Below, piece by piece: positions 48,115-58,023 of a DNA stretch of 64,000 nt. The position numbers were made by a program, and so were the translations under genes. The DNA comes from a bacterium (GTDB lineage Archaea; Thermoplasmatota; E2; JACPAO01; JAHFTW01): NCBI GenBank assembly GCA_040390065.1, contig JAZJZE010000004.1, forward strand, positions 76,969-140,968, given 5' to 3'. The notes beneath the pieces are model-generated. The model worked only from the letters and a program-made list of their open reading frames with translations. It had not been told where the DNA came from and did not search any database. Every line of letters begins with the position of its first letter. The first letter of the stretch is position 1.

Positions 48115-48122
48115 GTCCCCAG

Positions 48123-49439
48123 CTAGACAAGGTCAATGTCGATGGCCTTGTACTCGTAGGCGATGATGCCGGCCGCGGACGTAAATACTCCGGACGCGGG
48201 TGCTGTCAGGGCCAGTGTCGAGGTCGTGTCGCCGCTCGAGTCCGTTCCCGTCACCGTGATCGTCGGGCCGGGCGAATCGTAGGTGGCCGTCGATTTGGAG
48301 CGATCCATGCCGCTGGAAAGACCGGGGCCGGACAAGAGGATTGACCGCAGGTGGAGCTTCGTGGGAATCGTGGGGATGTTGGTCCCGCCTCCGCCCACGG
48401 CAAAGAACTGTCCACAGGCGGATGTTTCCAGCGCGTCGCTCTGCCAGGCTTCGACGCCATACGCTAGGTTCGCCTGGAAGTAGGAAGCCGCAGGCGGGCT
48501 CACCAGTGCAGCGTTGGGCGTTGGGGCCCAACCGAATCGGACGCCACCGGTCGCGCTCACGAGGGACCAGGCCCGAAACGTGCCCGTCGAGTCGACCGTT
48601 GTCGTCCGGACCGTGAACAGGGAGAGGTGGGCCGAGCCGTCAGGGCACATGATTCCAGAACCCAGAGACTGGATGACTTGGTTTGCAAGCCATGCGTTCA
48701 GGCCGCCGCCCCCAACGTGGATGTGCAGCGGCGCATTCCAAGTGGTGGCCGTAATCGACGTGTGCGTACCATCCGTGTAACTGTTCGACATGGACGAGCC
48801 ATAGGTCCGCGTTTCGGAATGGTCGACTTCGCTACCCGAACCCACCGCAAGAACGGAGAACTTCACGCTAATGGTGTTGGTAGTGGATGTTTCCGTGTGC
48901 TGTTCCATGGTTGCGGTGTGCGACGAATCCGTCGTGATAGTCGAGGTCGACATGTCGATGTGGAAAGCGTAGGTCAACACCGCCGGGTAGTTGGACGTCC
49001 ACCGGACATGGCTGTCGTAGGCCGCGGCCGTGCACGCCGGCATCGAATTGATGTTATCCTCCATCATGTGCGGGCTGGCAAAGTGTTCGACGAAATCATC
49101 GTCAAACCAGCTATGGGCGATTTCGAAGTTCTGCAGGAGGGTCGTGGATGAAGCCTCATTGTCGTCCCAGGACAAGTAGAGCATGATGTTCTTGTTGGCA
49201 AGCACGTCAGCGTAGCTCTGGCGCTCCTGGTACACCGCAAAGCTGTGCGTCGATCCGACATGGTCAACGAGGTCCAGGACTCGGCCGTCCGTGCAGACAA
49301 CAGATGGGGCTGCGGCCGGCAGGCCCGCGTGGACTTGGGGCAGGGCAGCCGAAAGCGCGAGGATCGAGAGAAGGGCGAGCGACCCCGCTGAGGAAATCCG
49401 GCGGGGGGCGAGTCTTCGAATTGCGGAACAGCCTGGCAT
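48123..49439 (-). CDS. Secreted protein with Ser/Thr-rich beta-hairpin (possible beta-pore-forming protein)
   Basis: Signal peptide ending VHA; TETSTTNTISVKFSVLAVGSGSEVDHSETRTYGSSMSNSYT; start uncertain. Confidence 0.6.
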   Translation of the reverse strand: MPGCSAIRRLAPRRISSAGSLALLSILALSAALPQVHAGLPAAAPSVVCTDGRVLDLVDHVGSTHSFAVYQERQSYADVLANKNIMLYLSWDDNEASSTTLLQNFEIAHSWFDDDFVEHFASPHMMEDNINSMPACTAAAYDSHVRWTSNYPAVLTYAFHIDMSTSTITTDSSHTATMEQHTETSTTNTISVKFSVLAVGSGSEVDHSETRTYGSSMSNSYTDGTHTSITATTWNAPLHIHVGGGGLNAWLANQVIQSLGSGIMCPDGSAHLSLFTVRTTTVDSTGTFRAWSLVSATGGVRFGWAPTPNAALVSPPAASYFQANLAYGVEAWQSDALETSACGQFFAVGGGGTNIPTIPTKLHLRSILLSGPGLSSGMDRSKSTATYDSPGPTITVTGTDSSGDTTSTLALTAPASGVFTSAAGIIAYEYKAIDIDLV

Positions 49440-49535
49440 GGAAACCAAATTTGGGACACGAAGCCCTATGTTAACAGTTTTCCTCATTCCCAGTTTTCCA
49501 GCCATCGACATTACCAGGAAGGCGCTGCCCTGGTC

Positions 49536-49712
49536 ATGCCGAAGAAGGGGCCAATCGGACCGAAGCCGCGCTCAATCGACGGCCTGTTTCGGGTGGTACT
49601 GCCGAAAGATGTCCGCGAGGCGCTACATGTTGATCGCGGCGACTATGTGGTCTTCAAGGTCGAAGGGAATGTCGTTCGAATTGCGCCCGTGGTTTGGAAG
49701 GAACGTGTCTAG
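49536..49712 (+). CDS. AbrB/MazE/SpoVT-family regulator (58 aa)
   Basis: Manual translation RSIDGLFRVVLPKDVREALHVDRGDYVVFKVEGNVVRIAP; below the ORF-track cutoff. Confidence 0.85.
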   Translation: MPKKGPIGPKPRSIDGLFRVVLPKDVREALHVDRGDYVVFKVEGNVVRIAPVVWKERV

Positions 49713-49730
49713 AGGCCAAGCTGCGCCGTG

Positions 49731-50267
49731 TCACTTCACTTCCTCGACCCGCCCCGTGTCGTTGTCGTACAGCAACCCGACCACTTCCAAGTCGGGCATC
49801 AGCGGGTGCTGCCTGAGGAGGCTCATGCTACGGCGCACGTTGTCCGCCGGGTCGGCAAAGCCGCCGAGCCAGCGCTGGAAGTCAGGGCGCATGGCCTCCT
49901 GAAGCGGAACCTGCGTAGTCTTCGCGATGCTGCGGGCGATGCGGAACTCGCCGCGCCCGACGAGGGTCATGCCGCATTTGGTGTGGCCGAGGATGGCGAC
50001 CCGCCGGACGCCGAGGAGGTGGACGGCGATGACGAGGCTGCGAAGTGTCCCGTCGTCGAGGAGGTTGCCCGCGTTGCGGATGACCTTCGCGTCACCGTTC
50101 TTGAGGCCGAGGACCTTCTCCACGTTGTGCCGTGTGTCCATGCAGGCGACGACCGCCAGGCCCAAGGCGGGCGGTGTGGCAAGGTCGCGGTCCTGCGGGT
50201 CCCATTCGCTCTTGCGGTAGCGCTTGTTGCCGTCCAGGAGTTTGCGCAGGATGGCGGGCTTGGCCAT
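49731..50267 (-). CDS. Beta-class carbonic anhydrase
   Basis: CMDTR, RNAG, HTKCG. Confidence 0.9.
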   Translation of the reverse strand: MAKPAILRKLLDGNKRYRKSEWDPQDRDLATPPALGLAVVACMDTRHNVEKVLGLKNGDAKVIRNAGNLLDDGTLRSLVIAVHLLGVRRVAILGHTKCGMTLVGRGEFRIARSIAKTTQVPLQEAMRPDFQRWLGGFADPADNVRRSMSLLRQHPLMPDLEVVGLLYDNDTGRVEEVK

Positions 50268-50311
50268 TGCCCGCGGCAGGTGCGGGCTGATGAAAAGCTG
50301 TGGGGCGGCGA

Positions 50312-50677
50312 TTAACGGCTCAACGGGTCCATGCCGATGGCGATTTCCGTGTACTCGTCAGCCTTGATGACGACGTCCTGCGGGTAGCCTTCGTAGCCGG
50401 ACTTGCCGACCTGGATGTGGTACGTTCCTGGGGCCATGTCGCGCTGCACGAACTTGCCCCGCTCATCCGAGGTGAGGAAGTACGTTCCCGGGCTCACGAT
50501 GACGTTGGCGTCGCCGAGGGGCGTCTGGTGGCCGTCGTTGGCGTAGACGTTGCCCAGCAGGCCGCCCTTCCCGCTTGCCAAGGGGACTGCGCCGGGGTCG
50601 CGGGGCGGATTGGAGCTGCAGCCGCCGAGAGCCAAAGCCAGGAACGCCAAGGCAAGCATGAACGCGATGCCGCGCAT
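50312..50677 (-). CDS. Carboxypeptidase-regulatory-like domain lipoprotein (single domain)
   Basis: LGGC; SDERGKF....PGTY. Confidence 0.75.
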   Translation of the reverse strand: MRGIAFMLALAFLALALGGCSSNPPRDPGAVPLASGKGGLLGNVYANDGHQTPLGDANVIVSPGTYFLTSDERGKFVQRDMAPGTYHIQVGKSGYEGYPQDVVIKADEYTEIAIGMDPLSR

Positions 50678-50714
50678 GCCGGCCGATTCCGTCGGTGGGT
50701 CTTGGGCCTTTTGA

Positions 50715-51677
50715 TTATCCGGCCGGCTTCAGGAGGGCGTAGGTCTCGATCGGTGAGGCCGGCGGCCCGATGAAGATGCTCTGCACAATCTTGGCCTTGA
50801 CGCCGAGGGCCACGCCGACGCCGTTGCAGCCGCCGTCGCCGACGCAGATGGGGTGGCCGGTCGCGGTGCCGATGTCGCGCGTTGCGCCGTGCAGTTCGTT
50901 GTAGAGTTGCGCGTGCGGGAACACGGTCGTCTCGTACGGCTTGGAGAGGTCGAACTTGATGTTGCGGCCAGCCGTCTCGCCTGTCCGGTTGTCGACCATC
51001 TTGGGCTGCAACTGCAAGCGCTGGTACACGGCGTCGACGACGTTGCCTTCCGCGAAGTACGTGTCATACTGGCCATCCGTCGTGCGGCCGATGACGAGGC
51101 CGTAGTTCCCCTTGTTGCTGAACAGGAACTCGGAGACCACGTACGTCACGTTCTTGGCATCCACGTGCAAGTCCGTGGAAAACCCGTCACGGGCCGAGTC
51201 GCCTGTCGTGTCGCCGGTACAACTGGGCTTCTCCACGATGGCGGAGTAGATGACGGCCTCGACGGCGCAGTCGATGAAGACCGAGTACTGGCTGGTGATG
51301 ATGGCGCCGTCCTGGCTGAAGATCCGCCGCGCGGGGGCCTCCACTTCGGCGTATTGGCCGGCCATGACGTCGACGTTCTTGGGCGCGGCCTCGTGGTCCT
51401 TGGCGTTGACCTGCAGGACGTAGGCGCCCGGCTGGAGGTCAGAGAAGAGGAACTGGCCGAGGGTGTCGGTCGTGTCCGTGAGCCCGCTGGGCGTGAGAAG
51501 CACGAGGGCGCCCTCGATGGGGCGGTAGCGGTCATCGATGACGATGCCCTTGATGGCCCCCTTGTCGCCCAGGGGCGGGAGGCCGCCATCGTTGCTTGCG
51601 GCAGGGGATCCCTTCGAGCCGCAGCCGGCAAGGAGTGTGGCCACCAGGAGGGCAACCAGGAAAACGCTCTTGTTCAT
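50715..51677 (-). CDS. Array lipoprotein 9 (carboxypeptidase-regulatory-like + variable domain)
   Basis: LAGC, DDRYRP, DHEAAPKN, GVKAKIVQSIFIG. Confidence 0.85.
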   Translation of the reverse strand: MNKSVFLVALLVATLLAGCGSKGSPAASNDGGLPPLGDKGAIKGIVIDDRYRPIEGALVLLTPSGLTDTTDTLGQFLFSDLQPGAYVLQVNAKDHEAAPKNVDVMAGQYAEVEAPARRIFSQDGAIITSQYSVFIDCAVEAVIYSAIVEKPSCTGDTTGDSARDGFSTDLHVDAKNVTYVVSEFLFSNKGNYGLVIGRTTDGQYDTYFAEGNVVDAVYQRLQLQPKMVDNRTGETAGRNIKFDLSKPYETTVFPHAQLYNELHGATRDIGTATGHPICVGDGGCNGVGVALGVKAKIVQSIFIGPPASPIETYALLKPAG

Positions 51678-51741
51678 CCAAGGGCTTGGTCGCGCTTCTC
51701 CCATATGAATGTTGTAGACATCTTACCGAAGTTGCAGTCCA

Positions 51742-51834
51742 CAGATGCCTTCCAGTTCGTCATCCATCGGGAGCCCCACAGATTGACCAAGGCCGCATAA
51801 CTCCATCGGCGAAATCCGGGGCCGGTCGGGGTGC
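51742..51834 (-). repeat. 93-bp non-coding element, copy A
   Basis: 51742-51792 is the exact reverse complement of 63889-63939. Confidence 0.85.
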
Positions 51835-51920
51835 ATCATGACGATGCGAATCCCTTGCGCCATGGGGGCGGCAGGCTTCTGCGCAGTCCGTGGTTCGGGA
51901 GCAATCCAAACCGCGCCGCG

Positions 51921-52874
51921 CTAGCAGCTTTCGGCCAGGACGCAATAATGGGCGATGTCGACGCTCGGGGGGCCGATGAAGGCGCTCTGCACGAACTTCG
52001 CCTTGACGCCGGCCTGGGCGCCAAGTCCGCGCGACTCGAAGCAGCCGGTGTGCAGCGGGTCCGCGCTGCATTCGGTATCCAGCACCTGCTGGCTTTCCGA
52101 CTTGAAGCTGCCTTGCGGGAACAACGCCGTCTGCATCTTTTCCTTGTTCAGCCACTTCGCATTGCGGTTCTCCGTGTCGTCGAGGGACACGTTGCCGTAC
52201 TTCATGGTGAGCTTGAGGTAGTCGCCGTCGATGGTGAACTTGCTGGCAAAGTACGGATCGCCGCCGCCGGAGTCGCGCACCACGACCTTGAGTGCGCCGT
52301 TCGTGGAGCTCGCCTTGTGGTTGGCCAGCATCTCGGTGACGAGGTACGTGATGTTCTTGCCGTAGGGGCGGTAGTCGACGTCGAAGCCAAAACGGTGCGT
52401 GTCCCCAGAACTGTCGGGGACGCAGCCCGGATTTGCGGTGGCCGCGGGTGTGGCGACCGCGCAGTCGACGAACACGGAGTACTCCGTCGTGATGACGGCG
52501 CCCAGGTCGCTGAAGATGCGGCGCGCCGGAGCCTCGACCTCCGTGTATTGGCCGGCGACGACGTCGATGTTCTTGGGCGCCGCCTCGTGGTCCTTGGACT
52601 GGACCTGCAGGACGTAGGCGCCGGGCTTGAGGTCGGTGAAGAGGAACACGCCTTCGATGTCCGACGTCGTCGTGAGGCCGACGGGGGTGAGAAGCAGGAG
52701 GGCGTCTGGGATGGGGCGGTACCGGTCGTCAATCAGGAGGCCCTTGATGGCGCCCTTGTCGGCGGCCACGGCAGGCAACGTGCTCTCTTGCGTCGAGACG
52801 GTGCTGCCCTTGCCGCCGCAGCCAGCCAGCACGGTCGCGACCAGGAGCGCCACGAGGAGGATACTCTTGCCCAT
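51921..52874 (-). CDS. Array lipoprotein 8
   Basis: Same conserved motifs as lipoprotein 9. Confidence 0.85.
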   Translation of the reverse strand: MGKSILLVALLVATVLAGCGGKGSTVSTQESTLPAVAADKGAIKGLLIDDRYRPIPDALLLLTPVGLTTTSDIEGVFLFTDLKPGAYVLQVQSKDHEAAPKNIDVVAGQYTEVEAPARRIFSDLGAVITTEYSVFVDCAVATPAATANPGCVPDSSGDTHRFGFDVDYRPYGKNITYLVTEMLANHKASSTNGALKVVVRDSGGGDPYFASKFTIDGDYLKLTMKYGNVSLDDTENRNAKWLNKEKMQTALFPQGSFKSESQQVLDTECSADPLHTGCFESRGLGAQAGVKAKFVQSAFIGPPSVDIAHYCVLAESC

Positions 52875-52915
52875 CGAGGTGAACCGGGTGTTCATCCCAT
52901 AAGAACTTATTGGCC

Positions 52916-53887
52916 TTAGCACGCGTCGGCCAGGACGCAGTACTTGGCCACATCGTCATGGGGCGGCCCGATGAAGAGGGTCTGGACGAACTTGGCCTTG
53001 ACGCCGAACTGGGGGCCGAGGCCACGCGACTCGTAACAGAATTGCCCCGTCGGGTCGACGCTGCACTCGGCGTCCATGGCCTGCTGGCTCTCCGACTTGA
53101 AGCCGCCTTGCGGGAACAATGCGGTCTGGATCTTGTCCTTGTTCAGCCACTTCGCGTTGCGGCTCTCCGTGTCGTCAAGCGACACGTTGCCGTACTTGAG
53201 GGTCAGGCGCAGGTAGTCGGAATCCACGGTGAACTTGCTGGCATAGTACGGGTTCGCAGTCTCGGAGTTGCGGATGACGACCTTGTAGGCTCCGTTCGAG
53301 CCGCTGGCCTTGTGGTTGGCCTTCATCTCGGCGACGAGGTACGTGACGTTCTTGCCGTAGGCGCGGTAGTCGGAGTCGAAGCCGAAGCGCGTCGAATCGC
53401 CGGACTGGTCCAGGAGGCAGTCCTCCCCCGTGTAGGGCACGCCGATCCACGTCGTGGAGACGTAGCTGAACGAGCAGCCGATGAAGATGGAGTACTCCGT
53501 GGTCACGATGTACGCGCCCTCCGAGAAGGTCCGCCGCGCCTCGGCCTCCACTTCGGTGTACTGCCCGGCGACGACGTCGATGTTCTTCGGAGCGGCCTCG
53601 TGGTCCTTCGACTGCACTTGCAGGACGTAGGTGCCCGGTTGCAGACCGATGAAGGCGAATTGGCCTTCGCCGTCGCTCGAGGCCGTCATTCCGACGGGTG
53701 TGAGGAGAAGGAAGGCATCGGCGACGGGACGGTAGCGGTCATCGATGACCACACCGGCGATGGCGCCCTTGTCCGCGGGCAGGGCTTCGCGGCTGGTCAC
53801 GAGGGAGACCGATTGGCTCTTGCCGCTGCAGCCGGCAAGGAGGGCCACTGCCACCATGAGGATGACCAGGACAGCGCGCGGGCTCAT
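52916..53887 (-). CDS. Array lipoprotein 7
   Basis: Same conserved motifs; C-domain close to lipoprotein 8. Confidence 0.85.
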   Translation of the reverse strand: MSPRAVLVILMVAVALLAGCSGKSQSVSLVTSREALPADKGAIAGVVIDDRYRPVADAFLLLTPVGMTASSDGEGQFAFIGLQPGTYVLQVQSKDHEAAPKNIDVVAGQYTEVEAEARRTFSEGAYIVTTEYSIFIGCSFSYVSTTWIGVPYTGEDCLLDQSGDSTRFGFDSDYRAYGKNVTYLVAEMKANHKASGSNGAYKVVIRNSETANPYYASKFTVDSDYLRLTLKYGNVSLDDTESRNAKWLNKDKIQTALFPQGGFKSESQQAMDAECSVDPTGQFCYESRGLGPQFGVKAKFVQTLFIGPPHDDVAKYCVLADAC

Positions 53888-53948
53888 CGCCTCGACCGAG
53901 CCGTCCTACGATATGAACCTTCTAGGCGAGTCGTCGGGGTTTTCGGGG

Positions 53949-54911
53949 CTATGCGCAGCCGTCGGGCGCGAGGACGCAGTAGTGTTCGACCGGCGTTGCC
54001 GGCGCGCCAACGAAGAGGGATTGCACCATCTTGGCCTTGATGCCGAAGGCTGCGCCGACGCCGGTGGCCGTGCGACAAGTCTGTGGAACGCTCGGCTGGC
54101 ACACCGTGTCGAAGGCTTGCTGGAAGTCCTGCTGATGGTCCCCTTCCAGGAACAGGATGGTGGCAAACGGTTTCGTGCCATTGAAGGGGACGTTGTTGCG
54201 CTGCTGGTTGTCCACCATGTTGAGGATGCCTCGCAGGTTCGTGATCTTCTTGTAGACGCCCGACTGGATGGGGCCGACGGCGTAGCGTTCGCCCCCGCCG
54301 CTGGAGCCATCGTCCTCGCGCACCTGGAACTCGTAGCTGTTCGGCTGGTTCACGAGGACCTCGGAGACCATGACCGTCCAGTTGAGGGTCTTGTTGAAGG
54401 CCTTCGTCGTGAAGCCGCCGCGGAAGCTGTCACCGGAAAGGTCCAGGACGCAGTTGAAGATGACCCCGTTTGCAACAAAGTTCGCGGCGCAGGGGATGAA
54501 CGCCGAGAACTGCGTCGTGATGACGGCGCCAGCGTCCGAGAAGATGCGCCGCGCTTCGGCCTCGACTTCCGTGTACTGGCCCGCCTGAACGTCGACGTTC
54601 TTCGGCGCTGCCTCGTGGTCTTTGGCTTGGACGAGGACCACGTAGGCTCCTGGGGCCAGGTCCGTGAATGCGAAGAGGCCTTCGGCGTCGGTCGTCGAGG
54701 TGAGGCCGACTGGCGTCAAGAGAACCGTTGCCTCGGGGACGGGGCGGTAGCGGTCATCGATCACGATGCCCTTCACGGCCCCCCTGTCGGCAGGCAGCGC
54801 GGGTCGCGCGGCGCTGGCGGCGGGCGCCGAGCTCTTTGCCCCACAGCCAGCCAGCGTCAACGCGGCGAACATGCATGCAAGAAGAATCGACGCGCTGCGC
54901 ATCTTGCCCAC
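53949..54911 (-). CDS. Array lipoprotein 6
   Basis: Same conserved motifs; C-domain close to lipoprotein 4. Confidence 0.85.
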   Translation of the reverse strand: MGKMRSASILLACMFAALTLAGCGAKSSAPAASAARPALPADRGAVKGIVIDDRYRPVPEATVLLTPVGLTSTTDAEGLFAFTDLAPGAYVVLVQAKDHEAAPKNVDVQAGQYTEVEAEARRIFSDAGAVITTQFSAFIPCAANFVANGVIFNCVLDLSGDSFRGGFTTKAFNKTLNWTVMVSEVLVNQPNSYEFQVREDDGSSGGGERYAVGPIQSGVYKKITNLRGILNMVDNQQRNNVPFNGTKPFATILFLEGDHQQDFQQAFDTVCQPSVPQTCRTATGVGAAFGIKAKMVQSLFVGAPATPVEHYCVLAPDGCA

Positions 54912-54981
54912 GCATTGTCATCGAGGCCGGCTCGTATGAACGACTTGCGGGCGCGGCAACGATGGTTGCGGAAACCGGCGG

Positions 54982-55983
54982 CTACTTCGAACCGAGCACG
55001 TTGTACGTCGCGATGTCGACCGACGGGTCCGGCGCCCCCAGGAAGGCCGTCATGACGATCTTGGCCTTGACACCGAACTTGGCGCCGGCGCCATAGTAGT
55101 CGCGGCAGAACCACGGCTTGCCGCTTAAGGGGTCAGGCTCGGGGGGCAGGGTGCATCCGACCGGGCGAGCCACAGGGGTGATCTCCGAGCCGCCCGTGCC
55201 GTAGTAGAAGAGCAATCCGTCGAGGACGACCTTGTTCGTCCAATTCACGGAGTGCGCCGTGTGCATGTAGTTCCCCGGATTCATCATGATGACTTTGCCA
55301 TAGTCGCCGCCGGTCGTGTTGGCGTACCCGAACTCGCCGCAGCCAAAGGAGCCGCCGCCGGCACAGCGCACGACGAAGACGTAGTTGTCCGCCTGGTTGA
55401 TCTTGATCTCGGAGACGAGGTACGTCAGGTTGGCCTTCTGGGAGCGGAAGTCGACGGTGATGCCCGGGCGGAACGTGTCGCCGGAACTGTCGGGCATGCA
55501 GTAGTTGTCGTCGGCGGCGTAGAACACCGCCGACTGCATGCAAGGCGAGAACACCGAGTACGCCGTCGTGATGGTGAAGCCGCCGCTGCTGAAGGTGCGC
55601 CGGGCCTCCACTTCGACCTCGGCGTACTGACCGACGTGCACGTCGACGTTCTTGGGCGCCGCCTCGTGGTCTTTGGCGTTGGCCTGCAGGATGTAGGCGC
55701 CGGGGTCGACGTTGGTGAACTGGAACTGGCCTTCCGCGTCGGAGGTGGCGGTCAGCCCGATGGGTGTCAGCAGGACCAAGGCGTCGGGGACGGGGCGGTA
55801 CCGGTCGTCAATGACGACCCCCGTGATGGCGCCTTTGTTCGCGTCAATGGGGGGCAGCGTGGAGGTCACGACGCTGGCGCTCGTCTTCGGGCTGCTGCAG
55901 CCGGCAAACAGCATGGCGCAGAACAGCAAGGCCACGGCGGCGGCCTGTCCCACGGCAACGGGTTTCGCATTCATCTTGCCCAC
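54982..55983 (-). CDS. Array lipoprotein 5
   Basis: FAGC lipobox and the same conserved motifs. Confidence 0.85.
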   Translation of the reverse strand: MGKMNAKPVAVGQAAAVALLFCAMLFAGCSSPKTSASVVTSTLPPIDANKGAITGVVIDDRYRPVPDALVLLTPIGLTATSDAEGQFQFTNVDPGAYILQANAKDHEAAPKNVDVHVGQYAEVEVEARRTFSSGGFTITTAYSVFSPCMQSAVFYAADDNYCMPDSSGDTFRPGITVDFRSQKANLTYLVSEIKINQADNYVFVVRCAGGGSFGCGEFGYANTTGGDYGKVIMMNPGNYMHTAHSVNWTNKVVLDGLLFYYGTGGSEITPVARPVGCTLPPEPDPLSGKPWFCRDYYGAGAKFGVKAKIVMTAFLGAPDPSVDIATYNVLGSK

Positions 55984-56054
55984 ACCCTAGTGCAGCCCAC
56001 TGCGGGTTCTTATCCTTTGGGCTCGCGCCGTTTCCTGGAACCCTGCCGTGGCCC

Positions 56055-57023
56055 CTATCCCAGGGTATGGTAGCCGGCGATGGGCGTCGCGGGTTCGCCG
56101 ATGAAGAGGCTCTGCACGAAGCGGGCCTTGATGCCGAACTTGGCACCGACGCCGCGCCAGTTGCAAGTGCGCACGGGCGAGCCGGCCCCTCGGTTCAGGT
56201 CGTCCACGGTCGGGTTGCAGGTCGTCTTGGAGACTTCCTCGAACGTCGAGCGCTCCTGACCACTGAGGAAGACCAACGTCGCGTACTTCTTCGTGTTGTT
56301 CCACGGGTGGTTGTTGTTCTGCAGGTTGTCCACCGTGTTGGCAATGCCGCGCTGGTTGACCATCTTGATGTAGTCGCCGTTGCGCAGCGCGCCCACGGCG
56401 TAGCGTTCGCCGCCCGATGGGCTGCCGTTGTCCTCGCGGACTTGGAAGTCGTAGTCGCCGACCTGGTTGAGCTTGGCCTCCGACACGAGGTACGTCGCGT
56501 TCTTGCCGTACTGGTGGCTGTCGGTCGTGAAGCCGGGGCGGTACGTGTCGCCCGAGGAGTCGGGGATGCAGCCGATGATGTAGCCGTTGACGACGTAGTC
56601 GAAGGCGCACGGGATGAAGACGGAGTATTGCGTCGTGATGATGGCGCCCAAGTCAGAGAAGGTGCGGCGCGCCTCCAGTTCGACCTCCGTGTACTGGCCG
56701 GGGGCGACGTCGACGTTCTTCGGGGCTGCCTCGTGGTCCTTGGCGTTGGCGATGAGCACGTACGCCGCCGGAGCAAGATCGGAGAACGCGAATTGCCCTT
56801 CCGCATCGCTCGTGGCGATGAGGCCGAGCGGTGTCAGGAGGATGGTTGCGTCGGCGACGGGTCGGTACCGGTCGTCGATGACGAGGCCCGTGATGGCCCC
56901 CTTGTCGGCGGCGAGGGCTGGCCGCGTCGCCGTGACCACGACGCTGCTGGTCGCCTTGCCGCCGCAGCCGGCGACGACGGTCGCGACGACGAGCAGGCAA
57001 ACGGCCACGGCGACGAGGCGCAT
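56055..57023 (-). CDS. Array lipoprotein 4
   Basis: VAGC lipobox and the same conserved motifs. Confidence 0.85.
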   Translation of the reverse strand: MRLVAVAVCLLVVATVVAGCGGKATSSVVVTATRPALAADKGAITGLVIDDRYRPVADATILLTPLGLIATSDAEGQFAFSDLAPAAYVLIANAKDHEAAPKNVDVAPGQYTEVELEARRTFSDLGAIITTQYSVFIPCAFDYVVNGYIIGCIPDSSGDTYRPGFTTDSHQYGKNATYLVSEAKLNQVGDYDFQVREDNGSPSGGERYAVGALRNGDYIKMVNQRGIANTVDNLQNNNHPWNNTKKYATLVFLSGQERSTFEEVSKTTCNPTVDDLNRGAGSPVRTCNWRGVGAKFGIKARFVQSLFIGEPATPIAGYHTLG

Positions 57024-57065
57024 CGACAGGAGGAGCCAAGGGGCGCAACGTAAGCTTTGCGTCCG

Positions 57066-57971
57066 CTACTGGTCCGGCGGCCGCATGGGCGCGTACGACG
57101 TGATGTCCTGGACGGGCGGTCCGACGAAGAGCGAGTTGAGGAACGTCGCCTTCACCGCCAAGCGCGCACCCGCCCCCCACTCGGTCCCCGCATATCGGCG
57201 GAACGTGTCCTGGGCGGACCCGACGTAGAAGACCACGGAGCTCACCGTCTTGCAGTCGTTGCGCCAGGCGTCGTAGCCGTCGCTCTTCGGGTGGTCGGGC
57301 GTGGCGTTGCCGCGCTGCAACAGGTAACGGTTGTAGCGGCCGACGAAGGTGCCGCCGTCGTAGTACTTGCCGCAGCCGGAGAGCGGGACGTAGTAGCCGT
57401 CCGATTGGCTCGCCAGGAACTCCACGACGAGGTACGTGGCGTTCTTGCCGGCCTTGGTGTAGTCCGCCGTGAAGCCGACCCGGTAGGAGTCGCCAGATTC
57501 GTCCACCATGCAGTCCATGATGGCCGTCACCACGACGGCGGACGCTGCGCACGGGATGAAGATCGAGTACTGCGTCGTGATGAGGTCCGACAGGCCGCTG
57601 AACGTCCGGCGGGCTTCGAGTTCGACTTCCGTGTAGCGCCCGGTCCCGACGTCGATGTTCTTGGGTGCCGCCTCGTGGTCGGCAGACTGCACGAGTGCGA
57701 AGTACGATCCCGGGTCGAGGTCGCCGAACGCGAATTGCCCCTCGGCGTCGCTGGTTGCCGTGAGGCCGACGGGCGTCAGAAGCACGAGGGCGTCGGGCAC
57801 GGGGCGGTAGCGGTCGTCGATGACGATGCCCGTGATGGCGCCCTTCCCGTCGTGGAGGGGCGGCCGCGCAGCCGTCTCCGCATGCGTTGCTGGCCCGGCC
57901 TTGCCGCCGCAGCCGGCCAATACGAGGGCCACCCTGACGGCTGCTAGCGCAAGTGCTGCGGTCCGCGTCAT
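57066..57971 (-). CDS. Array lipoprotein 3
   Basis: LAGC and the same conserved motifs. Confidence 0.85.
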   Translation of the reverse strand: MTRTAALALAAVRVALVLAGCGGKAGPATHAETAARPPLHDGKGAITGIVIDDRYRPVPDALVLLTPVGLTATSDAEGQFAFGDLDPGSYFALVQSADHEAAPKNIDVGTGRYTEVELEARRTFSGLSDLITTQYSIFIPCAASAVVVTAIMDCMVDESGDSYRVGFTADYTKAGKNATYLVVEFLASQSDGYYVPLSGCGKYYDGGTFVGRYNRYLLQRGNATPDHPKSDGYDAWRNDCKTVSSVVFYVGSAQDTFRRYAGTEWGAGARLAVKATFLNSLFVGPPVQDITSYAPMRPPDQ

Positions 57972-58023
57972 GGTCCCACCACGCGCGGAGCGGCCACGGC
58001 CGTCTTGAGGCTTGCGTCCCGGC

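Noticed and set aside
51742-51792. ORB/replication origin or C/D-box sRNA reading of the duplicated element
   Set aside because: TTCCAGT lacks the following GAAA and G-string of ORBs, there is no cdc6 in the window, and no conserved CTGA D box follows the ATGACGA.
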